Origin: Squalus acanthias
Lineage: Eukaryota
Length of the DNA stretch: 64,000 bases
Direction of reading: 5' to 3'
Assembly (NCBI GenBank): GCA_030390025.1
Contig: CM059431.1
Location: 152,708,001-152,772,000, forward strand
Numbering within the stretch: the stretch's first letter is position 1; every line of letters starts with the position of its first letter. The notes beneath the pieces were generated by a model. The model had not been told where the DNA came from and did no database searches. It worked only from the letters and a program-made list of their open reading frames with translations. The position numbers and the translations under genes were made by a program. Below are positions 63,347 to 64,000 of the stretch, one piece after another.

Positions 63347-64000
63347 TTACATAGGATATACGGCACAGAAACAGGCCATTCGGCCCAACCAGTCAATGCC
63401 GTTTGTGTATGGTCCACTCGAGCCTCCTCCCGTCTTTCCTCGTCTAAATCTATCAGCATAGCCCTTTATTCCCTTCTCCCTCATATGCTTGTCTAGCCTC
63501 CCCTTAAATGCATCTATACTATTCGCTTCAAGCACTCCCTGTGGTAGCGAGTTCCACATTCGCACCAATCTTTGGGTAAAGATGTTTCTTCTGAACTCCC
63601 AATTGGATTTCTTGGTGACTATCTTATATTGATGGCCTCTAGTTGTGCTCTTCCCCACATGTGGAAACATTCTATCTGTATCCATTCTATCAAAGCCTTT
63701 CATAATTTTAAAGGCCTCTATTAGGTTACCCCTGAGCCTTCTTTTTTCAAGAGAAAAGCGACCCAGCCTGTTCATCCTTTCCTGATATGTATCCCCTCGC
63801 ATTTCTGGTATCATCCTCGTATATCTTCTCTGCACCCTCTCCAGTGCCTCGATATCCTTTTTATAATATGGCGACCAGAACTGTACGCAGTGCTCTAAGT
63901 GTGGTCTAACCAAGGTTCGATACAGGTTTAGCATAACTTCCCCACTTTTCAGTTCTATCCCTCTAGAAATAAACCCGAGTGCTTGGTTTGCTTTTTTTAT
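63347..64000 (-). mobile_element. CR1 3' end, continues beyond the window
   Basis: LVRPHLEHCVQFWSP, FTQRLVRMWNSLP. Confidence 0.9.

Overview
Repeat-dense vertebrate genomic DNA, very likely from a cartilaginous fish (inferred from HE1/V-SINE and Deu-type SINEs, abundant CR1/L2/RTE LINEs and GPR139-like receptors). Host genes: two intact two-exon GPR139-like 7TM receptor paralogs in head-to-head orientation (16298-18879 minus; 38309-39926 plus) and an ARTC-type ecto-ADP-ribosyltransferase exon (59588-60429 minus). The receptors lie in the arms of a large inverted duplication (~5.8-19.3 kb mirrored at ~37.9-48.9 kb). Its spacer is a 26-bp satellite that flips orientation near 20.7-21.7 kb and is invaded by nested LINEs and SINEs. 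A third, insertion-free partial copy of the arm (52445-54198) shows the pre-insertion state. Also present: a young CR1 with intact ORF1, a tRNA-Lys(TTT) pseudogene, several minisatellites, a deleted Harbinger transposon with a spliced Myb/SANT gene, and Harbinger-like MITEs. Two observations stand out. (1) An in-frame U_UUA_AAC/U slippery heptamer abuts the ORF1 stop in several CR1 families and leads in the -1 frame into ORF2, which in the intact copy has no AUG before the end of the endonuclease domain (candidate programmed ribosomal frameshift). (2) Two very different, hairpin-rich MITEs occupy exactly the same nucleotide of the two duplicated arms (candidate site-specific targeting or element replacement). 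Identities quoted are hand estimates on short stretches and repeat boundaries are approximate.
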